From Camelus dromedarius (taxonomy: Eukaryota): a DNA stretch of 64,000 nt. A model generated the notes under the pieces. The model did no database searches. It saw only the letters and a list, made by a program, of their open reading frames with translations, and was not told the DNA's origin. This document shows, piece by piece, positions 1-13,413 of this stretch (positions are counted from its first letter, which is position 1; each line of letters opens with the position of its first letter). The stretch covers positions 73,410,001-73,474,000 of the forward strand of contig NC_087437.1 of the NCBI RefSeq assembly GCF_036321535.1, read 5' to 3'. A program made the translations under genes and the position numbers.

Positions 1-502
1 CGACAGATGACTGGATAAAAAAGCTGTGGTATATTTATGCAATGGAATACTATTCGGCCATAAAAAATAAAATTATGCCATTTGCAGCAACATCGATATC
101 CCCGGAGACTGTCATTCTAAGTGAAATAAGCCAGAAAGAGAAAGCAAAATACCACATGCTAACTCTCATATGTGAAATCTGAAAAAAGAAAAAAATGAAC
201 ACATCTACAAAACTGAAACAGATTCACGGACATAGAAAACAATCTTATGGTCAACAGGGGAAAAAGGGGTGGGAAGGGATAAATTGGAAGTGTGATATTT
301 GCAAATATTAACTACTATATATAAAACAGATAAAAAACAGATTTCTTCTGTATAGCACAGGGAACTACATTCAATATTTTGTAGTAAACTATAATGAAAA
401 AGAATATGAAAATAAATATATGTATAGGTATGACTGAAACATTATGCTATACACCAGAAATTGACACATTGTAACTGTCTATACTTCAATTAAAAAAAAA
501 AA
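1..502 (+). mobile_element. Lineage-specific L1 3' end (end of ORF2, 3' UTR, A tail)
   Basis: Contains gactggataaaaaagctgtggtat...ccatttgcagcaaca...agaaattgacacattgtaactgtctatacttcaat, then A11 at 492-502. Paralogous to the copies at ~39445-39845 and 41255-42060. Confidence 0.92.
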
Positions 503-782
503 TTACAGGAAAACAGTAATGGCAGATACGTAAAGGAATGCTGGGTAATTCTACATCTAAAGAACCCTAACAAAATCTCGAGGAGACACATTAAAATTTC
601 TTATTCTCAGGGAATCCAGGACCTAAGATGAATATAAAGACAAATGGGACTTTGTATATCCATTTTTAGGGAGAGACTAAGATTATTTTTACGAAGGCAG
701 GCACATGAATGTATTAAACAAAGATTATATGTGAGTAGAAGAGAAAAATAAATGCCAGGTTTTGTTAACCAAAAAAAAAAAA

Positions 783-2402
783 GTATGTGGAGAAACAAAA
801 GACACAGAATAGCCAACACTACTGAAGGAGAACAAAGTCAGAGAAGTGACACCATATTACTTCAAGGCTTACTATAAAGATACAGTAATCAAGACAGTGT
901 GACATTGATGAAAGATCAGACAAACTGATGGAACAAAACAGAGAATCCAGAAACAGAATGTTTTAACTATAGCCAATTGATCTTTGACAAAGAAACAAAG
1001 GTAATATAACTGAGCAAATAGTCTTGTCAACAAGTGGTGCTGAACTGGATATCCACATGTAAAACTATAAATCTAGACAAGACTTTACACCCTTCACAAA
1101 AATTAACTCAAAACAGATCACAAACCTAAATGTAAAACACAAAACTATAACACTTCCAGGAGATAACACAGGAAAAAAATCTAGATGACCTTGGTATGGT
1201 GATGACTTTTTAGATTACAACACAAAAGACATGATACATGAAAGAAATAATGGATAAGGTGGCCATTATCAAAATTAAACATTTCTGCCCTGCAAAAGAC
1301 ATTATATCAAGAGAATGAGAAGACAAGCCACTGACTGGCAGGAAATGTTTGCAAAAGAAATATCTAATAAAAAACCATTATCCAAAATACACAAAGAATT
1401 TTTAAAACTCAACAATAAGAAAACAACTCGATTAAAAAATGGCCAAAGACCTTAAACACCTGATCAAAGAAGATATATAGATGGCAAATAAGCATATGAA
1501 AAGATGCTCAACATCATATCATTAAGGAATTGTAAATTGAAACAAGAAGATATCATTACACATTATTACAAAGGCCAAAATCCAAGCACTGACACCACCA
1601 AATCCTGACAAGGATGTGGAGCAAAAGAAACTCCCATTCACTGCTGGAGGGAAATGGCAAATGGTACAGCCACTCAGCCACTTTGAAAGACAGTTGGGTG
1701 GTTTGTTACAAAATGAAATATACTCTTATTGATCCAGCAATTGTGTTCCTTGGTATTTACCCAAATGAGCAGAAAACATATGCCTACACAGAAGCCTGCA
1801 TGGAGCTTTATTCATAATTACCAAAACAGAGAAGCAAAGCGTCCTTTAGTAGGTGAATGGATAAATAAATTGTGGTACATCCAGACAATGGAATAGCACT
1901 CAGTGCTACAATGAAATGTGCTATCAAGCCACAAAAAGACATGGAGAAACCTTAAATGCATATTGTTAAATTTTAAAAGCCAATATGCAAAGGCTATATA
2001 TTAAATGATTCCAACTAATATGATATTCTGCAAAAGGCAAAACTATGGAGACAGTAAAAAGATCAGTGGTTATTAAGTGTTAGAGGGGATAGAGAAAAGA
2101 ATAACTGAAAGAGAATTTTTAAGGCAGTGAAACTACCCTGCATGATATTTTAATGGTGGATACATGTCATTATACACTTGTCAAAACCCACAGACTGTAC
2201 AACATCAAGAGTGAATCCTAATATTAACTACAGTCTTTGGGTGATTATGATGTTACCAATGCATGTTCAATGATTGTAACAAATATACCACTCTGGTAGG
2301 AAAAGTTGGGGCAGGGAGAGTGATACACACATAGACCAGGGGTTATATGGGAACTCTGTACATTCTATCCAGTTTTGCTCTAAAAATTAAAGTCTATTAA
2401 AA
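783..2402 (+). mobile_element. Old L1 (L1MC1/2-like): ORF2 3' remnant and 3' UTR
   Basis: Degenerate ORF2 sequence (tacagtaatcaagacagtg, gatctttgacaaa). The 3' UTR (ggtggatacatgtcattatacacttgtcaaaacccacaga...aaagtctattaaaaaa) is L1MC-type. Confidence 0.8.
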
Positions 2403-2429
2403 AATTTAAAGAGAACACTCTTAAATACA

Positions 2430-2785
2430 CTCAGCAATAAAAGGAAATAAACTGATACATGCAACAATGTGTATGAATTTCAAAATAATTATGTTGAAAG
2501 AAGACAGAAAAAGAGTACCCAGAGTATGATTCCATTTATATAAAACTCTAGAAAACATAAGCTACTGTTTAGTGACAGAAAGCAGATCAGTGCTTGCCTG
2601 GAGGAAGAGGGTTAGTAGGAAGAGATGCGATGGATGGTTTATAGAGGACACAAGGAAACTTTTCAGGGTAATCGATAACATTCACTATCTACATTGTAGT
2701 GATGATTTCATAGGTATATACCCATATGAAAACTTATCAAATTGTACACCTTATACCCAAAAAGCTGTTTTATATTTAAAAAAAT
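2430..2785 (+). mobile_element. Ancient L1 (L1ME/L1MD-like) 3' UTR fragment
   Basis: gtatgattccatttatataaaactctagaaaa...gtgacagaaagcagatcagtgcttgcctgg. Confidence 0.65.
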
Positions 2786-3269
2786 GAGACTAGGAGAGGG
2801 ACTGGAGAACATTCAATATATAGGTAACTTTTGTAAGGATTTTTACTATAAAGGCAGGCAAAGAGATCAGAAAGAAGCTCAAGAGAGAGGATAGATTAGG
2901 GAGTGTATTTTTTTAATGGGAGATGTTATAATATATTTTTATGTTGACTTAAATGATAAAAAAGAAAAATGTATGAGACATGAGAAAGAAAAACTGTTGA
3001 AGTGTTATCTTTAAGAAAAGACAGTATGGGTGAGAACTAGAAGAGATAACTTAGTCCTTTACTGTAGATCAGCTATAGTAGGCAGAGTCTACCAGTACAG
3101 ATAGGTAGGCTGATAGATATGGTGGTGAAAGTTCTTTTCTGACTACTGCTTTCTGCTCTTTAAAATAGAAAGCAAGGATTTCATACAAAAATAAGAGAAG
3201 AAAAGATTCCAGAGGCTTAAAAAGAAAGGTGTGAAACAATTGTGGGGAAACAGTAAATTGACTGAAGCA

Positions 3270-3658
3270 CCAGTACTCAAAGTGAGATCCTAAGAGTACT
3301 CAAGACCTTTTCAGGTGGTTAATGAAGTCAAAACTATTTTCACAGTCATACTAAGATGTTATCTGTCTTTTTCATTCTCATTGTGTCATGCGTATATAGT
3401 GGATTTCCAGAGGTTACAAAACATGATACTTAGCAAACTGAATGCTGAAGTAGGCATGAAAATCCAGTCATTATCTATTATGACAGATATTAAAGACACG
3501 CAAAATAAAAATACAATGCCATTCTTATCACTAATTTTTATAGGAAATACTTGGTTTTCATAAAAATATGTTAATTATAATGGGTTTATCATTTCTGAAG
3601 GAATTAAAACATTTTAAATTTCTCAGTTTTAATTTTTAACCAAATAAATATTGACAGA
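3270..3658 (+). mobile_element. hAT-Charlie DNA transposon (Charlie1b-like), 5' part
   Basis: cagtactcaaagtgagatcc...gtcaaaactattttcacagtcatactaagatgttat...aaatttctcagttttaatttt matches the recalled Charlie1b consensus. Interrupted by the L1 at 3659. Confidence 0.75.
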
Positions 3659-4729
3659 GAGATTGAACCAAGATGGCGAAGTAGCAGGACCATGAACTTG
3701 CCTCTCCTTGTAACTACAACAAAACCACAACCATCTTCTCAACAGCCATAGAGAAAAAGACTGGAGTCTAGCAAAAAGGATCTGCTTCAACTGGAACCAC
3801 AACAGGAAGGTAGGAGGGGTGAGATCATGATATATAGTTGGGCCCCATATCCTCTGGGTGGGCAACCCACAAGATGAAGAACAATCAAGTCACAGATGAG
3901 CTCCCACAGGAGTGAGAGTTCTGAGCCCCACATCAGGCCCCCCAGACCAGGGTTCCGGGAGTGGGAGGAGGAGACCCCAGAACATCTGGTTTTGAAGGCT
4001 CTTGGGGCTTAACTTCAGGAGCCCCACAGGACTGGGAGAGATAGAGACTTAACACTCTTGGGAGGTGCACACGGGATCTCGACTGCACCAGGTCCAAGGG
4101 CTGCATAGGAACCTGGGCCAGACCAGCCTGCTGGTTTTGGAAGTTCTCCTGAGGAGTTAGGGGACTGCTGCAGGTCACCCAGGGTACATACAAGCTGGTG
4201 ACAGACATTCTGGGAATGTTCATCTACATGAACTTCCCTGGAGGCTGACATCTTGATTGGATTAATAACACCTAAGACACAGCCCCACCAAACAGCCTGT
4301 AGGCTTAAGGGCTGGCAACCCTCAGGCCAAACAATATATTGGGTGGAAACAAAGCTTCACCCATCATCACACTTTCTGAGCCGAAAACACCTCTAGGCAG
4401 GGCCCTACCCACCAGAGTTTCAGGCCAAGCTTCACCCAGCAGTGGGCAGACACCGACCCCTCTTATCAGGAAACCAACATAAGCCTATAGCCCAGCCTCA
4501 TCCACCAGGGGGCAGATAACAGAAATAAGAAAACAATAGCCCCAAGCCTGTGGAAGGAATCCACAAACACAAGCCAGACTACACTAGGAACAGCTTGACC
4601 CTGCCCCTTGGGTGATAAGAGAAGAGTGTACTGTTGGGACACATAGGACATCTTCCATAGAGGGCCACTTTTTGAAGGTTGAGAATCATAACTAGTCTAT
4701 CTAAAAACACAAAGAGAAAGACAGACACA

Positions 4730-5640
4730 ATGAGGCAGCAGAGGAATATCCTCCAGGACAAGACACAAGATAAAATCAAAGAAGAAATAAGTGATGACAA
4801 AATAGGCAATTTATCCAAGAAAGAGTTTGAAATGATGATGGTGAAGATGTTCAGAGAACTCAAGAGAAGCATAGATGCACAAAGTGAAGTTTTTAGCAAA
4901 GAGCTGGAAAATATAAAGAATACCCAAACAGAGTTGAAGAATAAAATTACTGAAATGAGTAACACATTAGAAGGAACCAAGAATAAGCTAAACGAGGCAG
5001 AAGAATGGATTAGTGAGCTAGAAGACAGAATAGTGGAAATCACCATTCCAGAACAGAGAAAAAAAAAAAAAAAAGAATGAAAATAAATGAAGATAATTTA
5101 AGAGAACTCTGGCACAATGCACAGTACAACAATATTCACATTATAGGGGTCCCAGAAAACAAAGAAAGGGAGAAAACAGCTGAGAAAATTTTTGAAGAGA
5201 TACTAACTGAAAACTTCCTTAACTTGGGAAAGGAAACTCTCATCCAAGTCCAGGAAGCTCAGAGAGTCCCACAAAGGATCAATCCAAAGAGGAATACACC
5301 AAGGCACATACTAATCAAATTCACAAAATTAAGGATAAAGAGAGAATATTAAAATCAGCAAGACAAAAGCAACAAATAATATACAAGGGAGCTCCCATAA
5401 GGTTAACAGCTGATTTTTCAGCAGAAACCCTTCAGGCCAGAAGGGAGTGGCATGATATATTTAAAGTGCTGAAAGGGAAAAACCTACAGCCAAGAATACT
5501 TTATCCAGCAAGGCTATCATTTACACTTGATGGACAAATAAAAAATTTCACAGGTAAACAAAAACTAAAAATTCAGCACCTCCAAATCAGCTTTACAAAA
5601 AATATTAAAGGAACTTCTCTAGTCATTAAAGCACAAGAAA
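4730..5640 (+). pseudogene. L1 ORF1 (RNA-binding chaperone), frameshifted
   Basis: Coiled coil (ELKNKITEMSNTLEG...EAEEWISELEDR), NIHIIGVPE, AQRVPQRINPKRNTPRHILIK and QPRILYPARLSF occur in different frames. One frameshift is at the A-run ~5059-5074. Confidence 0.92.
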
Positions 5641-5708
5641 AGAGAACAAAAAGAAAGAGAGAGAGAGAGAGAAAGACCTACAAAAACAAACTCAAAACAA
5701 TTAACAAA

Positions 5709-8700
5709 ATGGCAGTAAGAACATACCTATCAATAATTACCTTAAATGTAAATGGATTAAATGCTCCAACCTTAAGACACAGACTGGCTGAATAGATACA
5801 AAAACAAGACCCATATATATGCTGTCTACAAGAGACCCACTCCAGAGCTAGAGACACATGCAGGTTGAAAGTAAGGGGATGGAAAGAGATATTCCATGCA
5901 AACGGAAACCAGAAGAAAGCTGGATTAGCAATATTTATATCAGATAAAATAGGTTTTAAAACAAAGACTGTTACAAGAGGCAAAGAAGGGCACTACATAA
6001 TGCTTAAGGGATCAATCCAAGAAGAGGATATAACAACTGTAAATATATATGCACCCAACACAGGAGCACCTCAACATACATGGCAACTTTTAACAGACAC
6101 AAAAGGAGAAATTGACAATAACACAATAGTGGGGACCTTCACACCTCACATACACCAATGGACAGATCATTTAGACAGAAAATCAGTAAGGAAATACAGG
6201 CCCTGAATAACACATTAGACCAGACGGACCTAATTGATATCTATAGAGCATTCCCCCAAAAAACAAAAGAATAAAATTCAAAAAACAAAATTCTTCTCAG
6301 GTGCACATGTAACATTCTCCAGAATCAACTACATGCTGGCCCACAAAGCTAGCCTCAGCAGATTTAATAAAACTGAAATCATACCAAGCAACTTTTCAGA
6401 CCACAATGCTATTAGGTAAATAATCAACTACAAGAAAAAAACTGCAAAAACTGCAAACACGTGGAGGCTAAACAATATGCTACTACACAATCAGTGGATC
6501 ATGGAAGAAATCAAAGAGGAAGTCAAAACATACTCTGAGACAAATGAAAATGAAAACACAGCAACCCAAAACCTCTGGGATGCAGCAAAAACAGTTCTCA
6601 GAAGGAAGTTTATAGCAACACAAGCATACCTCAGAAAACGAGAAAATCTCAAGTAAACAACCTAACCTTACACTTTAGGCAGCTGGAGAAAGAACAAACA
6701 CACCTCAAAGTTAGCAGGAGAAAAGAAATCATAAAGATTAGAGCAGAAATAAATGAAATAGAGACTTTAAAAACAATAGAAAAGATCAACGAAACTAAAA
6801 GCTGGTTCTTTGAAAAGATAAACAAAATTGATAAGCCTTTAGTCAGACTCATCAAGAAAAAAGGGAGAGGGCCCAAATTAACAAAATCAGAAATTAAAAA
6901 GGAAAAGTTACAACCGATACCACAGAAATGCAAAGAATCATAAGAGGATACTATGAACAACTATACTCCAACAAAAAGGACAACGCAGAGAAATGGACAA
7001 TTTCTTAGAAAGGTACAATCTGCCAAGACTAAACCAGGAAGAAATAGACAATATGAATAGACCAATTACCAGTACTGAAATTGAATCAGTAATTAAAAAC
7101 CTCCCAACAAACAAAAGTCCAGGACCAGATGGCTTCACAGGTGAATTCTATCAAATATTTAGGGAAGGGTTAACACCTATCCTTCTGAAACTATTCTAAA
7201 AAAAACTGCAGAGGAAGGAACACTTCCAAACTCATTCTATGAGGCCATAATCACCCTGATACCAAAACCAGCCAAGGATATCATAAAAAAAGAAAATTAT
7301 AGGCCAATATCATTTATGAATATAGATGCAAAAATCCTCAAGAAAATACCAGCAAATCAACTCCAACAATGCATTAAAAGGATCATACACTATGATCAAG
7401 TCAGATTTATCCCAGGGAAGCAGGGATTTTTCCATATACACATATCAATCAACGTGATACACCACATTAACAAATTGAAGAATAAAAACCATATGATACT
7501 CTCAATAGATGCAGAAAAAGCTTTTGATAAAATTCAACACCCATTTATGATCAAAACTCTTCAGAAAGTGGGCACAGACAAACATATCTTAATATAATAA
7601 AGGACATATATGACAAACCTACAGCTAACATCATACTTAGTGGGAGAAACCTGAAAGCATTCCCTCTAAGATCAGGAACAAGACAAGGATGCCCACTCTT
7701 ACCACTTTCATTCAACATAGTTTTGGAAGTCTTAGCCATAGCAACCAGAGAAGAAAAATAAATAAAAGGAATTCAAATTGGAAAACGAAGAAATAAAACT
7801 GTCACTGTTTGCAGATGACATGACACTATACATAGAAAACCCTAAAGAAGCAACCAGAAAACTACTAGAACTCATCAATGAATATGGTAAAGTTGCAGGA
7901 TACAAAATTAATATACAGAAATCAGTTGCATTTCTATACACTAACAATGAAATAGCAGAAAGGGAAATTAAGGAAATGATATCATTTACCATCATGCCAA
8001 AAAGAATAAAATACCTGGGAATAAATCTACCCAAGGATGCAAAAGATCTAAATGTCGAAAACTATAAGACACTGATGAAGGAAACTGAAGACAACATAAA
8101 CAAATGGAAAGATATACCATGTTCTTGGATTGAAAGAATCAATACTGTTAAAATGGTCATACTGCCCAAGGCAATTCACCGATTCAATGCAATCCCTATC
8201 AAGTTACTAAAGCCATTCTTCACAGAGCTAGAACAAAAAATGTTAAAATTTGTATGGAAACACAAAAGACCTCGAAAAGCCAAAACAATCTTGAAAAAGA
8301 AGAATGGAGCTGAGGGAATCATGCTCCCTGACTTCAGACTATACTACAAAGCTACAGTAATCAAAACAGTATGATACTGGCACAAAAACAGACACATAGA
8401 TCAATGGAACAGGACAGAAAGTCCAGAAATAACCCAACACACGTATGGTCAATTAACCTATGACAAAGAGGGCAAGAATATACAATGGAGAAAAGACAGC
8501 CTCTTCAATAAGTGGTGCTGGGAAAACTGGACAGCTACCTGCAAAAAACTAAAATTAGAACATTCTCTAACACCATGTACAAAAATAAACTCAAAATGGA
8601 TTAAAGACCTAAATGTAAGACCAGATACTATAAAACTCATAGAGGAAAACATAGGCAGAACACTCACAGACATATATCACAGCAATATATTTTCTGAACC

Positions 8701-9530
8701 AGCTCCTGGAGTATTGGAATTAAAAGCAAAAATAAATAAATGGGATCTAATTAAACTTAAAAGCTTTTGCACAGCTAAGGATACCATCAACAAAACGAAA
8801 AGACAGCTTACAGAATGGGAGAAAATATTTGCAAATGATGTGACTAACAAGGGACTAATTTCCAAAATACACAAACAGCTCATACACCTTAATACCAAAC
8901 AAACAAACAAACAATCCAATCCAAAAATGGGCAGAAGACCTAAACAAGCAATTCTCCAATGAAGATATACAAATGGCCAATAGGCACATGAAAAAATGCT
9001 CAGCATCATTAATTGTCAGAGAAATGCAGATCAAAACTACAATGAGATATCACTTTATACCAGCCAGAATGGCCAAAATTGAAAAGTCTACAAATGATAG
9101 ATTCTGGAGAGGGTGTGGAGAAAAGGGAACCCTCCTACACTGTTGGTGGGAATGTAGATTGGTGCAGCCACTATGGAGGACAGTACGGAGGTTCCTTAAA
9201 AATCTGAAAATAGACTTACGAGATACAGCAATCCCACTCCTGGGCATATACCCAGAGAAAAATAAAATTCAAAAAGACACATGCACCCTAATGTTCTTAG
9301 CAGCACTATCTACGATATCCAAGACATGGAAACAACCCAAATGTCCATCAAAAGATGACTGGATAAAGAAGATGTGGTACATATATACAATGGAACACTA
9401 CTTAGCCATAAAAAGAATAAAATAATTCCATTTGCAGCAATACGGATGGACCTGAAGACTGTCATTCAAAGTGAAGTGGGCTGGAAAGAGAAAGAAAAAT
9501 GCCATATGACATCATTTATATGAAGAATCT
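5709..9530 (+). pseudogene. L1 ORF2 (APE endonuclease, reverse transcriptase, C-terminal Cys domain), multiply disrupted
   Basis: Starts MAVRTYLSIITLNVNGLNAP at ATG 5709. Motifs [42 protein letters not shown] (RT active site), IKYLGINL and HCWWEC are present, split by stops and frameshifts. Confidence 0.95.
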
Positions 9531-9847
9531 AAAAAATAACAATAATAATGACACAAATGAACTAATTATTATTTTGATTTTTTGAATATGTGTAAGCACA
9601 TCTGACTGTCCCTTATAATTGGCTTACCACATTCTGTTGATTCTTATTTTATACTTGGCTTTATTCCTTTGATAATTATGTAAGTTTAAAAAGCTAAAGA
9701 TCTAATCTGTTCTTAGAAACAATAATTACTACATACATGAAAACTAAAAAATGTGCAATGTACTATTTATATGTATACTTACATGCAATATAATGTGCAT
9801 GTGCAGTTGAACTGTAATAATTCTACATAATAAAACTGGAAAAAATT

Positions 9848-9893
9848 AAATAAATAAATAAATAAATACATACATACATACATACATACATAC
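9848..9893 (+). repeat. (TAAA)n-(TACA)n compound microsatellite derived from the L1 tail
   Basis: aaataaataaataaataaatacatacatacatacatacatacatac. Confidence 0.9.
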
Positions 9894-9990
9894 CGACAGA
9901 TAAGATCCACATTAAGAAAAGCTCACTGCAGTCCTCGATAATTTTTTAGAGTACTAAAAAGTCCCAAGACCAGAGAGTTTGAGAACTGTT
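9888..9990 (+). mobile_element. hAT-Charlie (Charlie1b-like), 3' part with terminal repeat
   Basis: gatccacattaagaaaagctc...gtcctcgataattttttagagt...gtcccaagaccagagagtttgagaactg continues the consensus where the 5' part stops. Confidence 0.75.
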
Positions 9991-10841
9991 AACTAGGAAA
10001 ATATATGATTTCAGAACAGTACCAAGAGCCACTTGTACATACTAATCTTGAATTACAGTAACAAGCAGCATTCGGCTGCTGCCTGAGTGGAGAAATGGAG
10101 AAGGCAAGGAGTAAAGATTGGGTGAGAGATTAACCAGGCTAGCAAAATTAAAAGAGAGATGAACAAGCAGTTGATTGATGTGCAGGCAAAGAAATAATTT
10201 CAATGGCAGACTACAGACTTTAGTCAAGAAGGAAATAAGGGTTAAAGGATTACAGAAACAAATGTAACTAAACAATTACTGGAATTGAAGTACTAAGCAA
10301 AGTGAGGCAGAAAATGTGAGACAATGGAAAAGTCAATCTCTCTGAAACTCAGTTTTCACAATTATAAAATATCTCACTACTTTACAGTTGTTATGTTCTT
10401 GAAAACTGTTAAAGAGCTTTCATATACACCATTCATCTGATCCCCATATCCCAGCTCTTCCTCCAAAAAAACCACATGGTGAGGTGCACAGATAATTTTT
10501 TTTCCATATGAGCGATCAAAAATCAAAAGGGTTAAAAGACTTACTGCAGGTCATATAAATAGTAAGAGACAGTACCATTTGCCATAGTCCAGAGGATCAG
10601 GGAAAGCTTTCCAAGAGGTGGCATATAAGCTATGTCTTGAAGGCTAAGACTTTCATTGGCCAGAAGACCATTCCAGGCTAAGCAAAGATCCAGTATGAGG
10701 ACAAAATACAGAAATAAAATAAGACTGGAGGGAAGGCTGGGTCCAAAATGGGTAAAAGCCAGTTTCAGAAACGACACAGTAGAGAACTAGAACTGAAGTT
10801 TTCTAATTCCCTTCTGGCACAGTGCTTAGCTTTTTCATAGA

Positions 10842-11042
10842 ACAGCACTGTCCCAGCCACTAGTCACATATGGCTATTTAAATTTAAATTAATTAGAATT
10901 AAATAAAAGTTACAATTCAGGCTTTTAGTTATACTAGCCACTATTTCAAGTGCTCAATTGCTACATGTGGCTAGTGACTACAGTATGGAAGAGTACAGCT
11001 TTATAACATCTGCTTCACTGCAGAAAGTTCTAGCCAGCACAG
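10842..11042 (-). mobile_element. MER3-like hAT-Charlie MITE
   Basis: agccactagtcacatatggctatttaaatttaaattaatt...atttcaagtgctcaattgctacatgtggctagtg...gcagaaagttct. Confidence 0.8.
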
Positions 11043-12334
11043 TTCTAGAATGGAATTCAATCGTTAACTACAGGTCTGAGTTTTCGAGAAAGCTTAAATA
11101 TATCAACTTCAAAGAGTTAATTTTTTTAAAGTTTAGATTTCTATAATGATTTACATATAACCAGCACAGGAAATAACAGGTTCAAGAGATAACAAACTTC
11201 TACTAGAATATTCATATATATTAATACTAAATATAAATTTCATCCCACTGTACATCATCTTTACTTCAGTAGGAATTTCAGTCTTTATAAATTGTTCCTT
11301 TTAAAATGTTTCCACCCACTATTCTCAATCACTACCTTTTAATTTCAAATAAACATCTTGATTTAATCAACCTACATAAAAAAAGCTTCTCTTTAGTTGA
11401 ATCTGCTTCATGCTTATAAGTAGATTACTTCATATTTTCAGAAAAGAAGCACAAAATCTTAGAGTAGGAAGAGAATTTACAGTACATCTGATTTAATCTC
11501 ATTTTACAGAGACAGTGAAGTGATTTGCCCTTATCATACGGCTAGTGGCAAAACACACAAGAAGCCTCTTGGCTTTGAGAAGTAAACTTTCCAACTCCAT
11601 CATGCTGAGAATGTTATGAATAAATTCTAAACATTTCAGAGAAAGAAAACATAGAATGTCTATTAATGGAGATATTCAAAAGCTCAATGATTTTCAAAAT
11701 AAAAAAGCAGAGGGGGGCTGTAGTTCTTAAGTCAGCACTACTTCCACTAGAAGTGAAACGCGTAGAGAATGGGTATTCATAACAATTACAAGACTTCACT
11801 CTCTCCATTCCTATTTCAAATTGTGAAATTGTAACAATTTTTAAACACTAATGAAATTATGAGTTTTAATCATAATAAAACATATTCCCCAAAATACTGT
11901 AGTAACTATATTATCTTAGGCCTTACTGTTATTCCAGAAGTAAAATTTATACCCAACAGTAAGCAACTTTCAAACAATGGAATTGTTTTTTAACCATACT
12001 AGTGTATTTATTTCTGATCCTTAAATTTACTTTAACCTTATTATTATAACTGACACATAAAATCTAAAGGTCTGCGAACATGTAAATATTCTCAGATGAA
12101 GTAGACACTGCAAAGAATTAGTGCTTTGAAAACTTACCTATTATCAATTCTCATGATAGCCCCCTATAATGAATGTTCCACCTAAAAATTTATATACACA
12201 TTTATACAACATACATTAATAATCCAAAAATCTCTGTTTTAAAAGAGGCATCTCTAAACAAGTACATGGAGCTTATGGTTCTTCAGTATAATACTTCTCA
12301 GACCTAAAAATGAGACTTAAAATTGTTAATGGTA

Positions 12335-12500
12335 ACAGAATGGAATAAAAAAGCAAGAACTTTGGAGCCAGACTAATCTAGATTCAAGAACACACCGATC
12401 TCTACATTATTACCAGAGTGACCCTGGGTACTTGAAAGCCTATTTTATCACTTACAAAATGGGGCTACTATTACCTAATTAACAAGGTTAGAGTAAAATT
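12335..12500 (+). mobile_element. MIR SINE remnant
   Basis: gaactttggagccagac...gtgaccctggg...tacaaaatgggg...ctattaccta. Confidence 0.5.
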
Positions 12501-13299
12501 TTTAAGAAAAAATTCAAACATGGGAGCATGTACTGACTAAACCAAAGGAAAATTACTGAAAAAAAACCTGAGATGCAGTTGAAGCTAAACCCTGATTCTA
12601 TAATGGTGCCAATCTTCATGGTTATATGATTTTTTCTCCTCAAGTCCCTCTAGTAGCTGAGAGGTAAGCATAAAGAATTTGTACAGCTGAACTGATGGAG
12701 AGTTAAGATTTTGCAAGGCTGCTATAAATGAAAAATACCGGGGCAAAGGATTAGAAATTACAAGATAAGTCTACGTTGAAAAAATAAGTGAGTTAATATC
12801 AACAAAATAAAAGTATAAGTATACATGGCACATAGTAAGAGCTCATTGTAATATTTACTGTATTTCATTCACTGAATATTAAGTACTAAGTATTACAAGG
12901 TAGAAAATAGTATAGCCTGAGATTTCCAAGAGCTGAGGATCTAGAAGAGAAAATAAGACATTCAAGGCAATGGATGTATGGTAGAGTGATCATATAATTT
13001 GTTACCTAAGCCAAAACATCTTTTAGAGTGAAAGGGAAGCGAAGGAGCATTATTGATAAATATGCCAGAATAACAGTTGTAAGCCTAGACATTCTAAGGC
13101 AAAATAGGTTAAATCACCTTTATGAAAGCCACCATAGTTGAGGGTGAAAACTTAGAGATTTGGGAGAAGGAATGAGAGAAGTGTGTACAATGAAAAAAGC
13201 TGCATCTAGAAAGTAAAATTTTCTTTCAGCTAAGCCTAAACTAGCCATTCTAATTTTATTTGGTAAATCTGTGGGATAGCAGAATTTAAACTGAATCTT

Positions 13300-13413
13300 T
13301 TTTTTGTTTTTATTTTTTAAAATTGAAGTATAGTCAGTTTACAATGTTGTGTCAATTTCTGGTGTATAGCACAAAGTTTCAGTCATACATGAATTTACAT
13401 ACATTTGTTTTCA
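13300..13413 (-). mobile_element. Very short 5'-truncated L1 3' end with TSD
   Basis: T-tract followed by aattgaagtatagtcagtttacaatgttgtgtcaatttctggtg. TSD taaactgaatctt (13287-13299) / taagctgaatctt (13414-13426). Confidence 0.85.

Larger units (their letters stand above)
3659..9885 (+). mobile_element. Near full-length inactive LINE-1 (~6.2 kb), antisense to NECTIN3
   Basis: Has a 5' YY1-type motif caagatggcg (3669-3678), a ~1 kb 5' UTR, ORF1 and ORF2 remnants and an A-rich tail. Degenerate TSD: aaatattgacaga (3646-3658) / acataccgacaga (9888-9900). Confidence 0.95.

Noticed and set aside
4579..9247. Hydrophobic minus-strand ORFs within the L1
   Set aside because: Typical antisense translations of A-rich L1 sequence.
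4730..9530. Retrotransposition-competent L1 or novel reverse transcriptase system
   Set aside because: Ordinary L1 ORF1/ORF2 with many stops and frameshifts and a CpG-depleted 5' UTR.
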